A model generated the notes under the pieces. It did no database searches. It worked only from the letters and a program-made list of their open reading frames with translations, and was not told the DNA's origin. The translations under genes were made by a program, and so were the position numbers. A DNA stretch of 64,000 nt from a bacterium. Lineage in GTDB: Bacteria; Zhuqueibacterota; Zhuqueibacteria; Oceanimicrobiales; Oceanimicrobiaceae. The stretch covers positions 25,989-89,988 of the forward strand of contig JBHHXN010000005.1 of the NCBI GenBank assembly GCA_046757025.1. Reading direction: 5' to 3'. Positions 1-9,533 of this stretch are shown one piece after another (positions within the stretch are counted from its first letter, which is position 1; every line of letters starts with the position of its first letter).

Positions 1-2
1 CG

Positions 3-293
3 GACCGCACAATCGAGGTTGAGTGGGATGTGGAAAAGGACAAACATTTCATGGTTCGATTGAAGATGATCGGCGAAGACCGGCGAAATTTTTTGCGCGA
101 TGTGTCAGAATCGATTTCACAAACCGATACCAACATCGTCAAAATTGAAATGAAATCTCAGGATACCTTGGTTCAGAGCAGTATCATTTTAGAAGTCAGA
201 AATTTGCAGCATCTAACAAAAATAATCAAAAAACTAACACAGGTTAAAGGAGTGATGAGTGTCGAAAGGTTAAATGGAGCCATTGAAGGTTAA
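3..293 (+). CDS. relA: RelA/SpoT family (p)ppGpp synthetase/hydrolase, C-terminal ACT domain (5'-truncated by window edge)
   Basis: Frame open from the window start; RTIEVEWD followed by an ACT-type DR..L.DV...IS...LEV.NLQHL..I...L..V.GV..VER C-terminus typical of long RSH proteins. Confidence 0.85.
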   Translation, partial: DRTIEVEWDVEKDKHFMVRLKMIGEDRRNFLRDVSESISQTDTNIVKIEMKSQDTLVQSSIILEVRNLQHLTKIIKKLTQVKGVMSVERLNGAIEG

Positions 294-407
294 AATTTAT
301 CAAAGATAACCAGCGGTAAATAGTGGTGTAGTTAGTACCTTTTTTTCATCTAAAAATCGTAAATAAAATTATGAACCTCAATTCAAACACAGAGAGGAGT
401 GGAATAA

Positions 408-728
408 ATGAAAAAAACAATCACAAAAAAAGATGTCGCAAAAAGAACGGCAAAATTGGTTGGCGAAAAAATTTATTTAGCAGAAAAAATAGTGGATGGA
501 GTTTTTACATCCTTGCGAGAATTTATGGCTGAGGCGCAACCCGAGGTTCGCATCGAGATTCGTGATTTTGGCGTTTTTGAAGTTAAAACCACTAAACCGA
601 AACCCAAGGCTCGCAATCCGAAAACCGGTGAGATTATTTATGTACCAGCAAGGCGCAAAACGCATTTTAAAGCTGGCAAACTGTTAAAAGATGTGTTAAA
701 AACTCCTCTCGATGAAATTTCTTCATAG
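408..728 (+). CDS. HU/IHF family DNA-binding protein
   Basis: IEIRDFGVF and ARNPKTGE...VPARR..HFKAGK motifs; GAGAGGAG RBS upstream. Confidence 0.93.
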   Translation: MKKTITKKDVAKRTAKLVGEKIYLAEKIVDGVFTSLREFMAEAQPEVRIEIRDFGVFEVKTTKPKPKARNPKTGEIIYVPARRKTHFKAGKLLKDVLKTPLDEISS

Positions 729-762
729 TAATTTTTTCAAAATTAAAATGGAGCACTTTACT

Positions 763-793
763 AAAACCGTTAGGGAATTCCCTGGCGGTTTTT
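763..793 (+). terminator. Probable intrinsic terminator after HU gene
   Basis: AAAACCGTTAGGG-AATT-CCCTGGCGGTTTTT hairpin with T-tract. Confidence 0.6.
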
Positions 794-811
794 AATTTAT
801 TTCAACCGTTC

Positions 812-1249
812 ATGAAAGTAAACAGAATACTGGCCATAGATTATGGAACCAAAAGAATGGGTTTGGCCATGAGTGACCCACTGGGCATCCTTGCGCAAAG
901 ACTGCCGACCATCCACTACCGGCAGCTTTCGGAAGCTCTGGAAGAAATCGGAAAAATTGTGAGCGAAAATTCGGTTTCTCAGATAATCGTTGGCAACCCC
1001 ATTTCTTTGAACGGCGCCGCCAATCGCACCGCCCAAAAAGCGCACGAGTTTTCGCGGATTCTTCAGGAGAAAGTGAACTTACCTGTGAAGCTCTGGGATG
1101 AACGATTGACCAGCGTTCAATCCGAACGGGCGATGATTGAAATGGGGGAATCTCCGGGTCGAAACAAGGCTAAAATTGACCAGTTGGCTGCGCTATTTTT
1201 ACTGCAGAATTATTTGGATTCCAGGCAGCATTCAAAAAGTACACAATAA
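812..1249 (+). CDS. ruvX: Holliday junction resolvase-like / pre-16S rRNA nuclease RuvX (YqgF)
   Basis: LAIDYGTKRMGLAMSD, IIVGNP, WDERLTS and KIDQLAA..LLQ.YL motifs. Confidence 0.95.
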   Translation: MKVNRILAIDYGTKRMGLAMSDPLGILAQRLPTIHYRQLSEALEEIGKIVSENSVSQIIVGNPISLNGAANRTAQKAHEFSRILQEKVNLPVKLWDERLTSVQSERAMIEMGESPGRNKAKIDQLAALFLLQNYLDSRQHSKSTQ

Positions 1250-1259
1250 TATATTTGAC

Positions 1260-2276
1260 ATGGATGACAAAATAAAACTTGGCCTGATCGGAGCAGGTGC
1301 GGTAGCTCAAATAACACACATCCCAATCTGGCAAAAACTCGATGAGGTAGAGCTGGTGGCGGTCTGTGATACCCAGAAGAACAAGGCGAAATGGGTGGCT
1401 GAAAAATACAACATCCCAAACGTGTTCGACGATGGAGATGATTTTTTAAAATTGGAGGAAATGCATGCAGTCGATGTGTGCACCCCCACACAAAGTCACA
1501 TGCAAAACGTCATGGCGGCGCTGTCCAGCGACCGGCACGTGATCGTTGAAAAACCCATGGCCTTGAATTACTCTGAATCGAAGACAATGGTGGAAGCTGC
1601 TCAAAAGTACGAAAAGATGTTGATGGTTGCCATGAATGTACGCTTTCGCCAGGACGCCATTATTTTGAAGAGTTTCACAAAAAATAATGAATTGGGAGAA
1701 ATCTTTTATTGCAAAGCCGGCTGGCTGCAAAAAAAAGAAAAATATATTCAGCGTAACTGGTTTGCGCAAAAAGAGATTTCAGGCGGCGGTGTGATTATGG
1801 ATTTGGGGATTCAAATGCTGGATGTCGGCTTGTGGCTGATGGGCAATCCCAGGGCTGAGAATGTGAAAGCAGCAACTTTTAATCAGTCCGCGAAGTTAAA
1901 TGTCGAAGACGCAGCGGTGGCTTTTATCGGACTTCAAAATGGCGCCACCCTGACTGTCGAAGTGAGCTGGACATTATTATCCGACAAAGATTTATTTTAT
2001 GCGAACTTTTTTGGCACCGGCGGCGGGGCGCTCTTAAACCCCCTGAGGATCCACAAAGAATTGCACGGAAATTTAGTGAACGTTTCACCCTCGAGGTCGG
2101 AGTCCAGAGCTAATTTGTACAAAAAGTCTTATGAAAACGAAATGAAGCACTTTATCACGTGCATTAGAGAGAAAAGCGTACTGTCTTCCAGCGGTGCAGA
2201 AAATCTGGATCGAATGCGGATTGTGGATGCCATCTATGAATCCGCACGCAGCGGCCGGGAAGTTATCTTAAAATGA
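1260..2276 (+). CDS. Gfo/Idh/MocA family oxidoreductase
   Basis: Rossmann GLIGAG, VIVEKP and GGGVIMDLGIQMLD motifs; start moved to ATG 1260 after ruvX. Confidence 0.92.
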   Translation: MDDKIKLGLIGAGAVAQITHIPIWQKLDEVELVAVCDTQKNKAKWVAEKYNIPNVFDDGDDFLKLEEMHAVDVCTPTQSHMQNVMAALSSDRHVIVEKPMALNYSESKTMVEAAQKYEKMLMVAMNVRFRQDAIILKSFTKNNELGEIFYCKAGWLQKKEKYIQRNWFAQKEISGGGVIMDLGIQMLDVGLWLMGNPRAENVKAATFNQSAKLNVEDAAVAFIGLQNGATLTVEVSWTLLSDKDLFYANFFGTGGGALLNPLRIHKELHGNLVNVSPSRSESRANLYKKSYENEMKHFITCIREKSVLSSSGAENLDRMRIVDAIYESARSGREVILK

Positions 2277-2941
2277 AAAAGAACTATCTAATCTTTGTTC
2301 TGTCAACGGGCTTGCTGTTCACCTTAGCCTTTTCTGCGCTCAGGATTGGATTTTTTGCGTACTGGTGCCTGGTGCCTTTCTTTTACATGATAGAAAATTT
2401 AAAATTAAAGGACGCGTTGTACTGGAGTTATTTGACAGGTTTATTTGTCAGCATCGGGGCATTGGGCCAATTCCACTCCGCAACCATCATTGGTTCGTTG
2501 ATATTAGCCTTAATTCATCCGTTATATTTTTCTGTTTTCGCTTTAATACAGGTGTTTTTATTTCAGCGCTGGCAGCGACGCGCTTTTTGGGCAGCGCCAT
2601 TTCTCTGGGTAGGAATTGAATATTTGAAAGGTCTGAATGCGGTCGGTATGAACGGCTTATTTTTAGGATTAACGCACTCGCCTCAAATTTCCTTTGTGCG
2701 ATCGGATTTTTTCTTAAATATTTTGTTGATTTCATTCTGGCTGGTTTTATTAAATGTATTAATCTTCCGGATGCTGACAGAATTGATGCATAAAACTCGC
2801 GTGTTGACCTTTCTGGCCGTTACCATTGGACTTTTTGCCTTGCCCTGGTATTTTAAAAACACAGACAAACCGGATATCGATAAATTTAACGACAGCATTG
2901 AAGCGGAATCGGTACCAACTTATAAATATTCCTTTAATTAA
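2273..2941 (+). CDS. Membrane protein resembling only the N-terminal membrane domain of apolipoprotein N-acyltransferase (Lnt)
   Basis: LAF...GFFAYWCLVPF and APFLWVGIEYLK pattern of Lnt N-terminal helices; ends at 222 aa with no nitrilase domain. Confidence 0.6.
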   Translation: MKKNYLIFVLSTGLLFTLAFSALRIGFFAYWCLVPFFYMIENLKLKDALYWSYLTGLFVSIGALGQFHSATIIGSLILALIHPLYFSVFALIQVFLFQRWQRRAFWAAPFLWVGIEYLKGLNAVGMNGLFLGLTHSPQISFVRSDFFLNILLISFWLVLLNVLIFRMLTELMHKTRVLTFLAVTIGLFALPWYFKNTDKPDIDKFNDSIEAESVPTYKYSFN

Positions 2942-2952
2942 CCGACTGATTT

Positions 2953-4005
2953 ATGGTTAAACGAATGCCGATTAAAATAAATCACAAAATCTTCATTGCT
3001 TTCATTATTTTGATGGGTTTGGTGGTAGCAGCGCTGGCTCAGGAAGATCAGTATTTTACTTTAAATACCGTAAATGCTAGGCCGTTAGCCATGGGAGGGG
3101 CTTTTATGGCCGTGGGGGACGACTTACCTGCCATTAATTTTAACCCCGCTGGTTATATGTTGGATAAAGACGAAGATAGCCGGCGTTTTACCTTTTATGT
3201 AAATCCAATGGCGTCGTTTTTAGGCGTCATCGATCGCAAAGATCTTTTCAAGGGCAGCGGTTCTAAAATCGATGATATTTTGCTTTCCACCGGTTTGTTG
3301 CTTAAAGCGTTGTCTATGCGGGTGAAATCGTTTGAAGTGGGCTTGCTGTTGGGTGAACAAAATTTGAGATTGCCAGACGCTTTTACATCCGAGCGATTCG
3401 TGGAAGCGACAGGCTACCGTCAGAACCATTCGCATTCCATCGTCGGCAGGCTGCGGCTTGCTGAAAAAGTCTCTTTGGGAGGAACCGTGAGTATTGTGGT
3501 TGGCAGCCGGGAGAACGATCCGTTTGCGAGAATTAGCGACCTTGGCATCAGTTATGGCATTATTTTGAAACCGGCAAATAAATTAAAAGTGGGAGTTTCT
3601 TTTGTCAATTTGCCGGATTCCATTAAACATTATCGGGAAGATCTTGAGCGTATCGTTGATGAATCGGTGAATATAGGGCTTTCGTATCGATTGTTCGACG
3701 GTACGCTGCTGGCGTTTGATATGCGAAATTTAGGCGAGGATGACGAGGCGGCGGTGCGCGAATTCCATTTTGGTGCCGAACAGCAAATCATGTCGCAAGT
3801 GGCGCTGCGGGCGGGATATTACAAAAAAAGTACCGGTGAGCACGTCATCAGTGGCGGCATCGGACTTTTGAATTTACGTCAATTTATGGAATTCAAGTCT
3901 AACTCGATCATAAAAAATTATTGTTTAAATTATAGTTTTATTTATGAAAAGTCAGCGCTGGTTGAAAAAAGATGGCATTTGTTCACGGTTGTTTTCAAAA
4001 TATAA
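2953..4005 (+). CDS. FadL/PorV-like outer-membrane beta-barrel protein
   Basis: Signal peptide; ARPLAMGGAFMAVGDD..AINFNPAG hatch motif; ALRAGY; C-terminal alternating strand ending VFKI. Confidence 0.75.
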   Translation: MVKRMPIKINHKIFIAFIILMGLVVAALAQEDQYFTLNTVNARPLAMGGAFMAVGDDLPAINFNPAGYMLDKDEDSRRFTFYVNPMASFLGVIDRKDLFKGSGSKIDDILLSTGLLLKALSMRVKSFEVGLLLGEQNLRLPDAFTSERFVEATGYRQNHSHSIVGRLRLAEKVSLGGTVSIVVGSRENDPFARISDLGISYGIILKPANKLKVGVSFVNLPDSIKHYREDLERIVDESVNIGLSYRLFDGTLLAFDMRNLGEDDEAAVREFHFGAEQQIMSQVALRAGYYKKSTGEHVISGGIGLLNLRQFMEFKSNSIIKNYCLNYSFIYEKSALVEKRWHLFTVVFKI

Positions 4006-4099
4006 GTGGGAACAAAAAAACAAGTGATTCATGAATTTAGTCAAAGTTTGGCGCGAGAAAACATGTTTCAGGGAACTTTGAAATGCATTCAAAGTAAGA

Positions 4100-4747
4100 T
4101 TGATGTGGTTTTTTAAAAAGCTGAAAATCATTGAATTACTAACTGTTTTTACACTCATGCCCGTCTTTTTTGGGGCAGAAATAAATAATTATCAACTTCT
4201 TGCCAGGCTGGCCGACAGCCTGCTGGAAGAAGTCGCACAAAACCAATTGGGGGATACGACAAATGTTGTTGCGATTCGCAGCTTAAATTCGAACGATTCT
4301 CTCAACTGGTTTATTGAAGATCGATTAGCCGGCGTTTTACAAAAAAACAATGTACACAAGATCATTCTGCAGCAAGATGCAGATCTGCCTGATTCGGCAA
4401 AGATTATTTTTGAATTTATGCTCCTTTCCATTCAAATTAACTATGCCGAGTCAGATGAACAGGGTTTGACCAAAGAAGACGACCTCTATCGAACGGGTAA
4501 ATTAATTTTGTTCGTGCGCATGTTGCGTGCTGAAACCGGCGAAATTATGTGGAGCGGTAACCGGGAGAAAGCGATAAGCGACTGGATAAGCGCAAAGTCG
4601 GTGCCGACTCTTGAAAATCCGAATTTACCTTTCACAAAAGGAAAATTCACTCGGAGTGAAAGGGAAAACAGCTTGATAAAGCCGTTGTTGATAACAGGTG
4701 TTACTGGATTGATAGTATATTTATTTTATGCATTGCGAAGTCGATAA
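4100..4747 (+). CDS. Hypothetical exported/membrane-anchored protein upstream of bamD
   Basis: 215-aa ORF in operon; N-terminal hydrophobic stretch and C-terminal TM helix ending VYLFYALRSR; start uncertain. Confidence 0.7.
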   Translation: MMWFFKKLKIIELLTVFTLMPVFFGAEINNYQLLARLADSLLEEVAQNQLGDTTNVVAIRSLNSNDSLNWFIEDRLAGVLQKNNVHKIILQQDADLPDSAKIIFEFMLLSIQINYAESDEQGLTKEDDLYRTGKLILFVRMLRAETGEIMWSGNREKAISDWISAKSVPTLENPNLPFTKGKFTRSERENSLIKPLLITGVTGLIVYLFYALRSR

Positions 4748-4774
4748 CCAATTTAGAACTTACAAGGATATTGA

Positions 4775-5593
4775 ATGAAAGTAAAATCACTGTTAAAACT
4801 TTTCTATCTCTGTTTAATATTTTTATTCATCTTAACTTCTTGCCATTCTTATAAAATCAAAACAAACATTTCGGCCGATGAACGATTTGAACTGGCCAAG
4901 ACCATGTTTAAGAATAAAGATTATTTTGATGCGAAAACTCAATTTAAAATATTAACCTTAAATAACCCCGGTGCCAAATACATCGATGAGGCGCAATATT
5001 TTCTCGGTGAATGTCATTTCAATATGAAGGAATACATTTTAGCCGCGGATGAATATAACCGATTGCTGAGAAAATATCCTCGCAGCCAGTGGATTGACGA
5101 TGCGCAATTCAAAATTGCCTTTTGCGATTTTAAACTCTCTCCGAAGCCCTCGCTGGATCAAAAATATACATTGGAAGCGGTAGAGAATTTTCAACGGTTT
5201 TTGGAAGATTTCCCGGATAGCGAGCTGAGGCCGGAGGCGGAAAAGATGTTGAAAATGTGCCGTACAAAATTGGCTGAGAAAGACTTTAAAACAGGTGAAT
5301 TGTATCGGAAATTGAGCGATCATTATGCAGCCCTGGTCTATTTCAACAGCGTTCTGGAAAGTTATTATGATACCAAGTTTGCGCAAGCGGCTTTGTTCTG
5401 GAAAGGTGAATCGCTGTATAAACTGGATCGGAAAACTGAAGCCGCCGAAGTTTTCAAAGAGTTTATTCAGAAATATACCCGGAGCAAATATCGAATGAAA
5501 GCTATCGAGCGCTTTAAGGAGTTGAAAGTGGCTTTAAAAAGCGCGCACGAAACAGACGGGGATGCGTCCTCAAAAAATAAATTTAACAATTAA
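4775..5593 (+). CDS. bamD: Outer membrane protein assembly factor BamD
   Basis: Lipobox LTSC; TPR repeats; SP...LDQ.YT..A...FQ.F...FPDS and KLAEK motifs. Confidence 0.92.
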   Translation: MKVKSLLKLFYLCLIFLFILTSCHSYKIKTNISADERFELAKTMFKNKDYFDAKTQFKILTLNNPGAKYIDEAQYFLGECHFNMKEYILAADEYNRLLRKYPRSQWIDDAQFKIAFCDFKLSPKPSLDQKYTLEAVENFQRFLEDFPDSELRPEAEKMLKMCRTKLAEKDFKTGELYRKLSDHYAALVYFNSVLESYYDTKFAQAALFWKGESLYKLDRKTEAAEVFKEFIQKYTRSKYRMKAIERFKELKVALKSAHETDGDASSKNKFNN

Positions 5594-5604
5594 ATAGTAC
5601 TGTT

Positions 5605-6186
5605 TTGAAAATCGGTTTATTTGGTGGGACATTTGATCCCATCCATTGTGCGCATTTGATCATCGCACAATTTATTAAGGAAGAGCTCGACATCAATAAG
5701 TTGATTTTTATTCCTTCCGGAATCCCCCCACATAAAGAAGTCTATTTGCCAGCCGAACAGCGGCTGAAAATGGTGCAGCTCTCGATTGAAGCATCGTCGG
5801 AGTTTGAATGTTCTTTGATAGAGATAGAAGCGCGCCAAACAACCTACACCGTTGATACGGTAAAAAAAATAAAATCACAGCTCAATGTTGCTAAGGAAGA
5901 TTTGTACCTGATAATCGGCGCCGACAACTTTATTGAACTTTCCAAATGGAAAAGTCCAGAGGAGTTGTTCGAGCTCTGTCAGGTAGTGGTATTTCCGCGC
6001 CATAAAATCACATTTGAATCGGGACCGCCGGAGTTTCAAAAAAAGGCCATCTACCTGAAACAAGCCCCCATAATTGAAATATCTTCTACCCAAATTCGCT
6101 CTCTCATCATGCAAAGTCGTTCCATCAAATATTTTGTTCCACCTGCTGTTGAAGCCTACATTAAATCGTTTAAGCTCTACTCATAA
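5605..6186 (+). CDS. nadD: Nicotinate-nucleotide adenylyltransferase
   Basis: GLFGGTFDPIH..H, PPHK, YT.DT, IIGAD and ISSTQIR motifs. Confidence 0.96.
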   Translation: MKIGLFGGTFDPIHCAHLIIAQFIKEELDINKLIFIPSGIPPHKEVYLPAEQRLKMVQLSIEASSEFECSLIEIEARQTTYTVDTVKKIKSQLNVAKEDLYLIIGADNFIELSKWKSPEELFELCQVVVFPRHKITFESGPPEFQKKAIYLKQAPIIEISSTQIRSLIMQSRSIKYFVPPAVEAYIKSFKLYS

Positions 6187-6298
6187 GTGCTGAAATAACA
6201 GTATATTAATACTGTGAGATTGCCAGTTTTCGTGAAATAAAAAATGCTTGCATTTGAGTTGTGAAAATATTACTTTTGGGGCACTGAGGGAGGCGGAA

Positions 6299-6925
6299 AT
6301 GGTATACTGGATTTCCTGTTTTTTGTTTAGAATAATCGTCCAGATTTTTTTTCGTGGCAAATGTTACGGCCGCGATAATTTGCCCGAAAAAGGACCTTAT
6401 ATCGCCATCATCAATCACAGCAGCTTGTTTGACATTCCGGCGCTGGCAATGGTAGTGAGAGGAAAAGTTACCACCATGGTTAAGGATTCGCTGTTTCAGG
6501 TTCCCATACTAAACTGGTGGTTACGAGCGGTTCACATGTTTCCAGTAAAACGCGGCCAGTCAGACGAGCAAGCCTTCAACCACGCGGCGGAAATGCTCAA
6601 AAAAGGATTTATACTTTTTATGTCACCCGAAGGTACCAGAAAATACGATCCGGCAAATCCTCCCAGAGCTCACACCGGTTTTATTCGATTGGCGCAAATC
6701 GCGAATTGTCCTGTTGTCCCGATTGCCATTACCGGCACGCGCGATGTGTTACCCCCGGGGGCTAAGTTTCCCAAATTCGTGCAAATAAAAACCAAAGTTG
6801 GGAAGCAAATTCAATTTGAGAAAGTCGCGGCGTCCTTAAATAATCGGGAGAAACTGCAAAAGCAAGCAAACGAAGCCATGCAGAAAGTATATCAACTTAG
6901 AAAAGAGCTAAATAATTTGCATTAA
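6299..6925 (+). CDS. plsC: 1-acyl-sn-glycerol-3-phosphate acyltransferase (PlsC family)
   Basis: NHSSLFD (HX4D), FPVKRG, PEGTR motifs; GGGAGG RBS before ATG 6299. Confidence 0.88.
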   Translation: MVYWISCFLFRIIVQIFFRGKCYGRDNLPEKGPYIAIINHSSLFDIPALAMVVRGKVTTMVKDSLFQVPILNWWLRAVHMFPVKRGQSDEQAFNHAAEMLKKGFILFMSPEGTRKYDPANPPRAHTGFIRLAQIANCPVVPIAITGTRDVLPPGAKFPKFVQIKTKVGKQIQFEKVAASLNNREKLQKQANEAMQKVYQLRKELNNLH

Positions 6926-6969
6926 TTACATGAAGTGTAAAGATGTGGTTAAATTTAGTGGAGGAGTTG

Positions 6970-7251
6970 ATGAAAGGCTCAATGGATAAAAATCATCGCA
7001 TCATAAATCGTATCCTACTTAGCAATGACAATGGGGAACACTTGGTGAATGAGTTCGATGATGATGATGGGATTGAAGATTGGGAAGAAGAAGATTGGGA
7101 TGATGAAGTGGACGATCTGGAAGATGATTTCGATGACGACGATGATGACTTTGATGATGAAGACGATTTCGATGATTTCGAAGACGAAGAAGACTTATTT
7201 CATGATGAAGATTGGGAGGACGAGGACTGGGGTCAGGAAGATTGGAACTGA
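6970..7251 (+). CDS. Small, extremely acidic (Asp/Glu-rich) hypothetical protein
   Basis: GGAGGAG RBS before ATG 6970; C-terminal two thirds are almost only D/E with spaced W/F; fills the gap between plsC and the NUDIX gene. Confidence 0.65.
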   Translation: MKGSMDKNHRIINRILLSNDNGEHLVNEFDDDDGIEDWEEEDWDDEVDDLEDDFDDDDDDFDDEDDFDDFEDEEDLFHDEDWEDEDWGQEDWN

Positions 7252-7271
7252 GGTAGAGGCCTTCTCGAGTT

Positions 7272-7712
7272 TTGATTAAAAGAAAATATCCAAATCAACC
7301 GGTTGTGGCCGTTGGGGCAGTGATTATTTCAGATGGCCGTATTTTACTGGTACAAAGAAAAAACGAGCCCCAGGCAAAATATTGGACGCTGCCAGGTGGA
7401 GTTGTTGAAATAGGTGAACAAGTCAAATCAGCATTAGTGCGCGAAGTAAAAGAAGAGTGCGGAGTTTTAATCAGACCAGGAAAGTTGATTGAAGCCATCG
7501 ATTACATCGTGAAGGATCAAGATGATAAAATTCATTACCATTATATTATTTTGGATTTTGAAGCAGAAATACTACAGGGCGAGCTGACGCCGGGTTCGGA
7601 TTGCGAGGAGCTTAATTGGTTTAACAAAGAGCAGTTAGCAGAGTTAAACTTATCTGAAATTACCAAGATGTTTTTTAAGAGAAATTATCAAGTGGAATTT
7701 CAAAGCCAATAA
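7272..7712 (+). CDS. NUDIX hydrolase (ADP-ribose pyrophosphatase-like)
   Basis: Nudix box GGVVEIGEQVKSALVREVKEECG. Confidence 0.92.
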   Translation: MIKRKYPNQPVVAVGAVIISDGRILLVQRKNEPQAKYWTLPGGVVEIGEQVKSALVREVKEECGVLIRPGKLIEAIDYIVKDQDDKIHYHYIILDFEAEILQGELTPGSDCEELNWFNKEQLAELNLSEITKMFFKRNYQVEFQSQ

Positions 7713-7807
7713 ATCAATCCACCTATCTTCTTGATTTTTTCTATGGATGACTCGCTTGCCACGAATCACTCGATCAGGGACTCAAAGAAAATCAAACTCA
7801 GGAAACG

Positions 7808-8314
7808 ATGAAATATTTTGCAAAACTGGCGGGTCTGGAGCACGAGATTGAAATCAACGATTCCGATGAACAAATTTCCGTTTCGTTGAATGGCAAAACA
7901 ACTCCGGTAGAAATTCAACGCATCGACGGCAGCCATATTTATTCATTGATAATGGACGGCCATTCTTATCAATTGTACATTGAGCCTCAAGGAAATTCCT
8001 ATCTGGTCGCGCTGAATGGCAAAAAATATTCCATCGCTGTTGAGGATGAAAAAGCTCGTCGACTGAAAAGCCTCATAAAAAGTGAAGAAAAGCACCAGGG
8101 TGAGGTAAAAATAAAAGCTCCTATGCCGGGTTTGATTGTCAAGATCACCGTGCAGGAGGGGCAGGAGATAAAAAGCGGCGATCGGTTGTTGATCATCGAA
8201 GCCATGAAAATGGAAAATGAGATTCGATCACACGTGGATGGCCGGGTTAAAAAAATCTGCATAGCTGAAAATGATTCCGTGGAGAAGGATGTGCTGCTGA
8301 TGATTTTGGTTTGA
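7808..8314 (+). CDS. Biotin carboxyl carrier protein subunit (acyl-CoA carboxylase/decarboxylase)
   Basis: APMPG...EAMKMENEI biotinylation motif. Confidence 0.92.
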   Translation: MKYFAKLAGLEHEIEINDSDEQISVSLNGKTTPVEIQRIDGSHIYSLIMDGHSYQLYIEPQGNSYLVALNGKKYSIAVEDEKARRLKSLIKSEEKHQGEVKIKAPMPGLIVKITVQEGQEIKSGDRLLIIEAMKMENEIRSHVDGRVKKICIAENDSVEKDVLLMILV

Positions 8315-8385
8315 TTTTTTTTATTTTGTCGTTCTGCATTACAAAGAAAATTTTTGTGTTGTAAAATTTGAAGGAAATGCCTATA

Positions 8386-8535
8386 TAGTGTCTGAACGAA
8401 AATTCGAAAATTTGCCATAATAAATCTCTTATGCGAAGGCGTTCCTTCGACAAAGCTCAGGACAAACCCCGTCGAGTTTAACAGGGATTCGCTCTCGGCC
8501 AGGACGCCGCCGGCAAAGGACGAGGTCCAGACACT
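8386..8535. mobile_element. MITE-like element family A, copy 1 (AGTGTCTG...CAGACACT ends, REP-like core)
   Basis: 8-bp terminal inverted repeats; colinear similarity over its length with 25903-26061; internal CTTCGACAAAGCTCAGGAC REP-like half-site. Confidence 0.7.
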
Positions 8536-8623
8536 TGATAAGGAGGGGCAGCCTTTTCAAACCTTGAGTAGAATTTCGCACAACTCGCTCTGATTCTCAT
8601 CTATTATTTTATTACAGGATTTT

Positions 8624-9358
8624 ATGTCCAAAAAAACCATCGGTATTTTGGGAGGCATGGGGCCGGCAGCCACCGTTTACTTTATTCAAAAAGTGGTTGA
8701 ATTGACGCCGGCAACAATCGATCAGGAGCACATCCCCATGATCGTTTTCAACAATCCCGAAATCCCGGACCGTACCCAAGCCATTATCGGGGATGGCGAG
8801 AATCCCAGTAAAGCCCTGGAGCGAGGCATTGATTTGCTAGTGAACGCCGGCGCCGATTTTATTTGTGTACCTTGCAACACGGCTCATTATTTCTTGAAAG
8901 ATGTGATCAAAAGGAAAGATATCCTTTTTCTCGATTTGATCGATTGCGTGGTGGAAGATACGCTGAACACGGCGCCGGCTATTGCCAAAGCCGGCGTGCT
9001 GGCCACACGAGGCACCATCGCCAGCCGCTTGTATCAGGACGCTTTTCACGAGCACGGAGTCGCAACGGAAGTACCGAATGAACTTGAAATGCTTGACTTG
9101 CAGAAAGCGATTCGCGGATTGAAAAATAAAGAAAAAGAGAGTACCGTGATCAACAAAATGGCGGAACACCTGATGGCAAAAGGCAGCCAGGCCATCATAC
9201 TGGGCTGCACAGAACTCAGTCTCGTCGCCGATTCTTTGCGAGTGAAAGTACCGGTGATCGATTCAACCGAAGTGCTTGCGAAAAAAGTCATTGCAGCCGC
9301 GTTGCAAACACAAGCTTTACCGGTTGGGTCACGGCCATCACGATGGTTTTTACCTTAA
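8624..9358 (+). CDS. Aspartate/glutamate racemase family protein
   Basis: GILGGMGPAAT, PCNTAH and LGCTEL two-cysteine motifs. Confidence 0.93.
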   Translation: MSKKTIGILGGMGPAATVYFIQKVVELTPATIDQEHIPMIVFNNPEIPDRTQAIIGDGENPSKALERGIDLLVNAGADFICVPCNTAHYFLKDVIKRKDILFLDLIDCVVEDTLNTAPAIAKAGVLATRGTIASRLYQDAFHEHGVATEVPNELEMLDLQKAIRGLKNKEKESTVINKMAEHLMAKGSQAIILGCTELSLVADSLRVKVPVIDSTEVLAKKVIAAALQTQALPVGSRPSRWFLP

Positions 9359-9519
9359 TTTTGCACATATCATAGTCAAAACCCCGATTTTCCTAATTGT
9401 TAGTGGAATATAAGCTTAATCTATTTGGTCTGAACAACCATGGAATTATCTTCTAAATTTTCAAGAACTTCTGGATTCTATCGTGCGAAATCGGGGTATT
9501 TCCTGAAATCTGAATTAAG
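9353..9519. repeat. Nested inverted-repeat element family B (outer CTTAATT/AATTAAG, inner ACCCCGATTT/AAATCGGGGT at 9381-9497)
   Basis: Perfect 10-bp inner inverted repeat; the left ~60 bp recur at 38288-38345. Confidence 0.55.
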
Positions 9520-9533
9520 CGAAATGCACTAAT

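Noticed and set aside
7050..7250. GAT/GAC microsatellite
   Set aside because: Better explained as Asp/Glu codons of an acidic protein; synonymous variation is present
7808..8314. Biotin carrier without adjacent carboxylase subunits
   Set aside because: Scattered acyl-CoA carboxylase genes are common; not informative within one window
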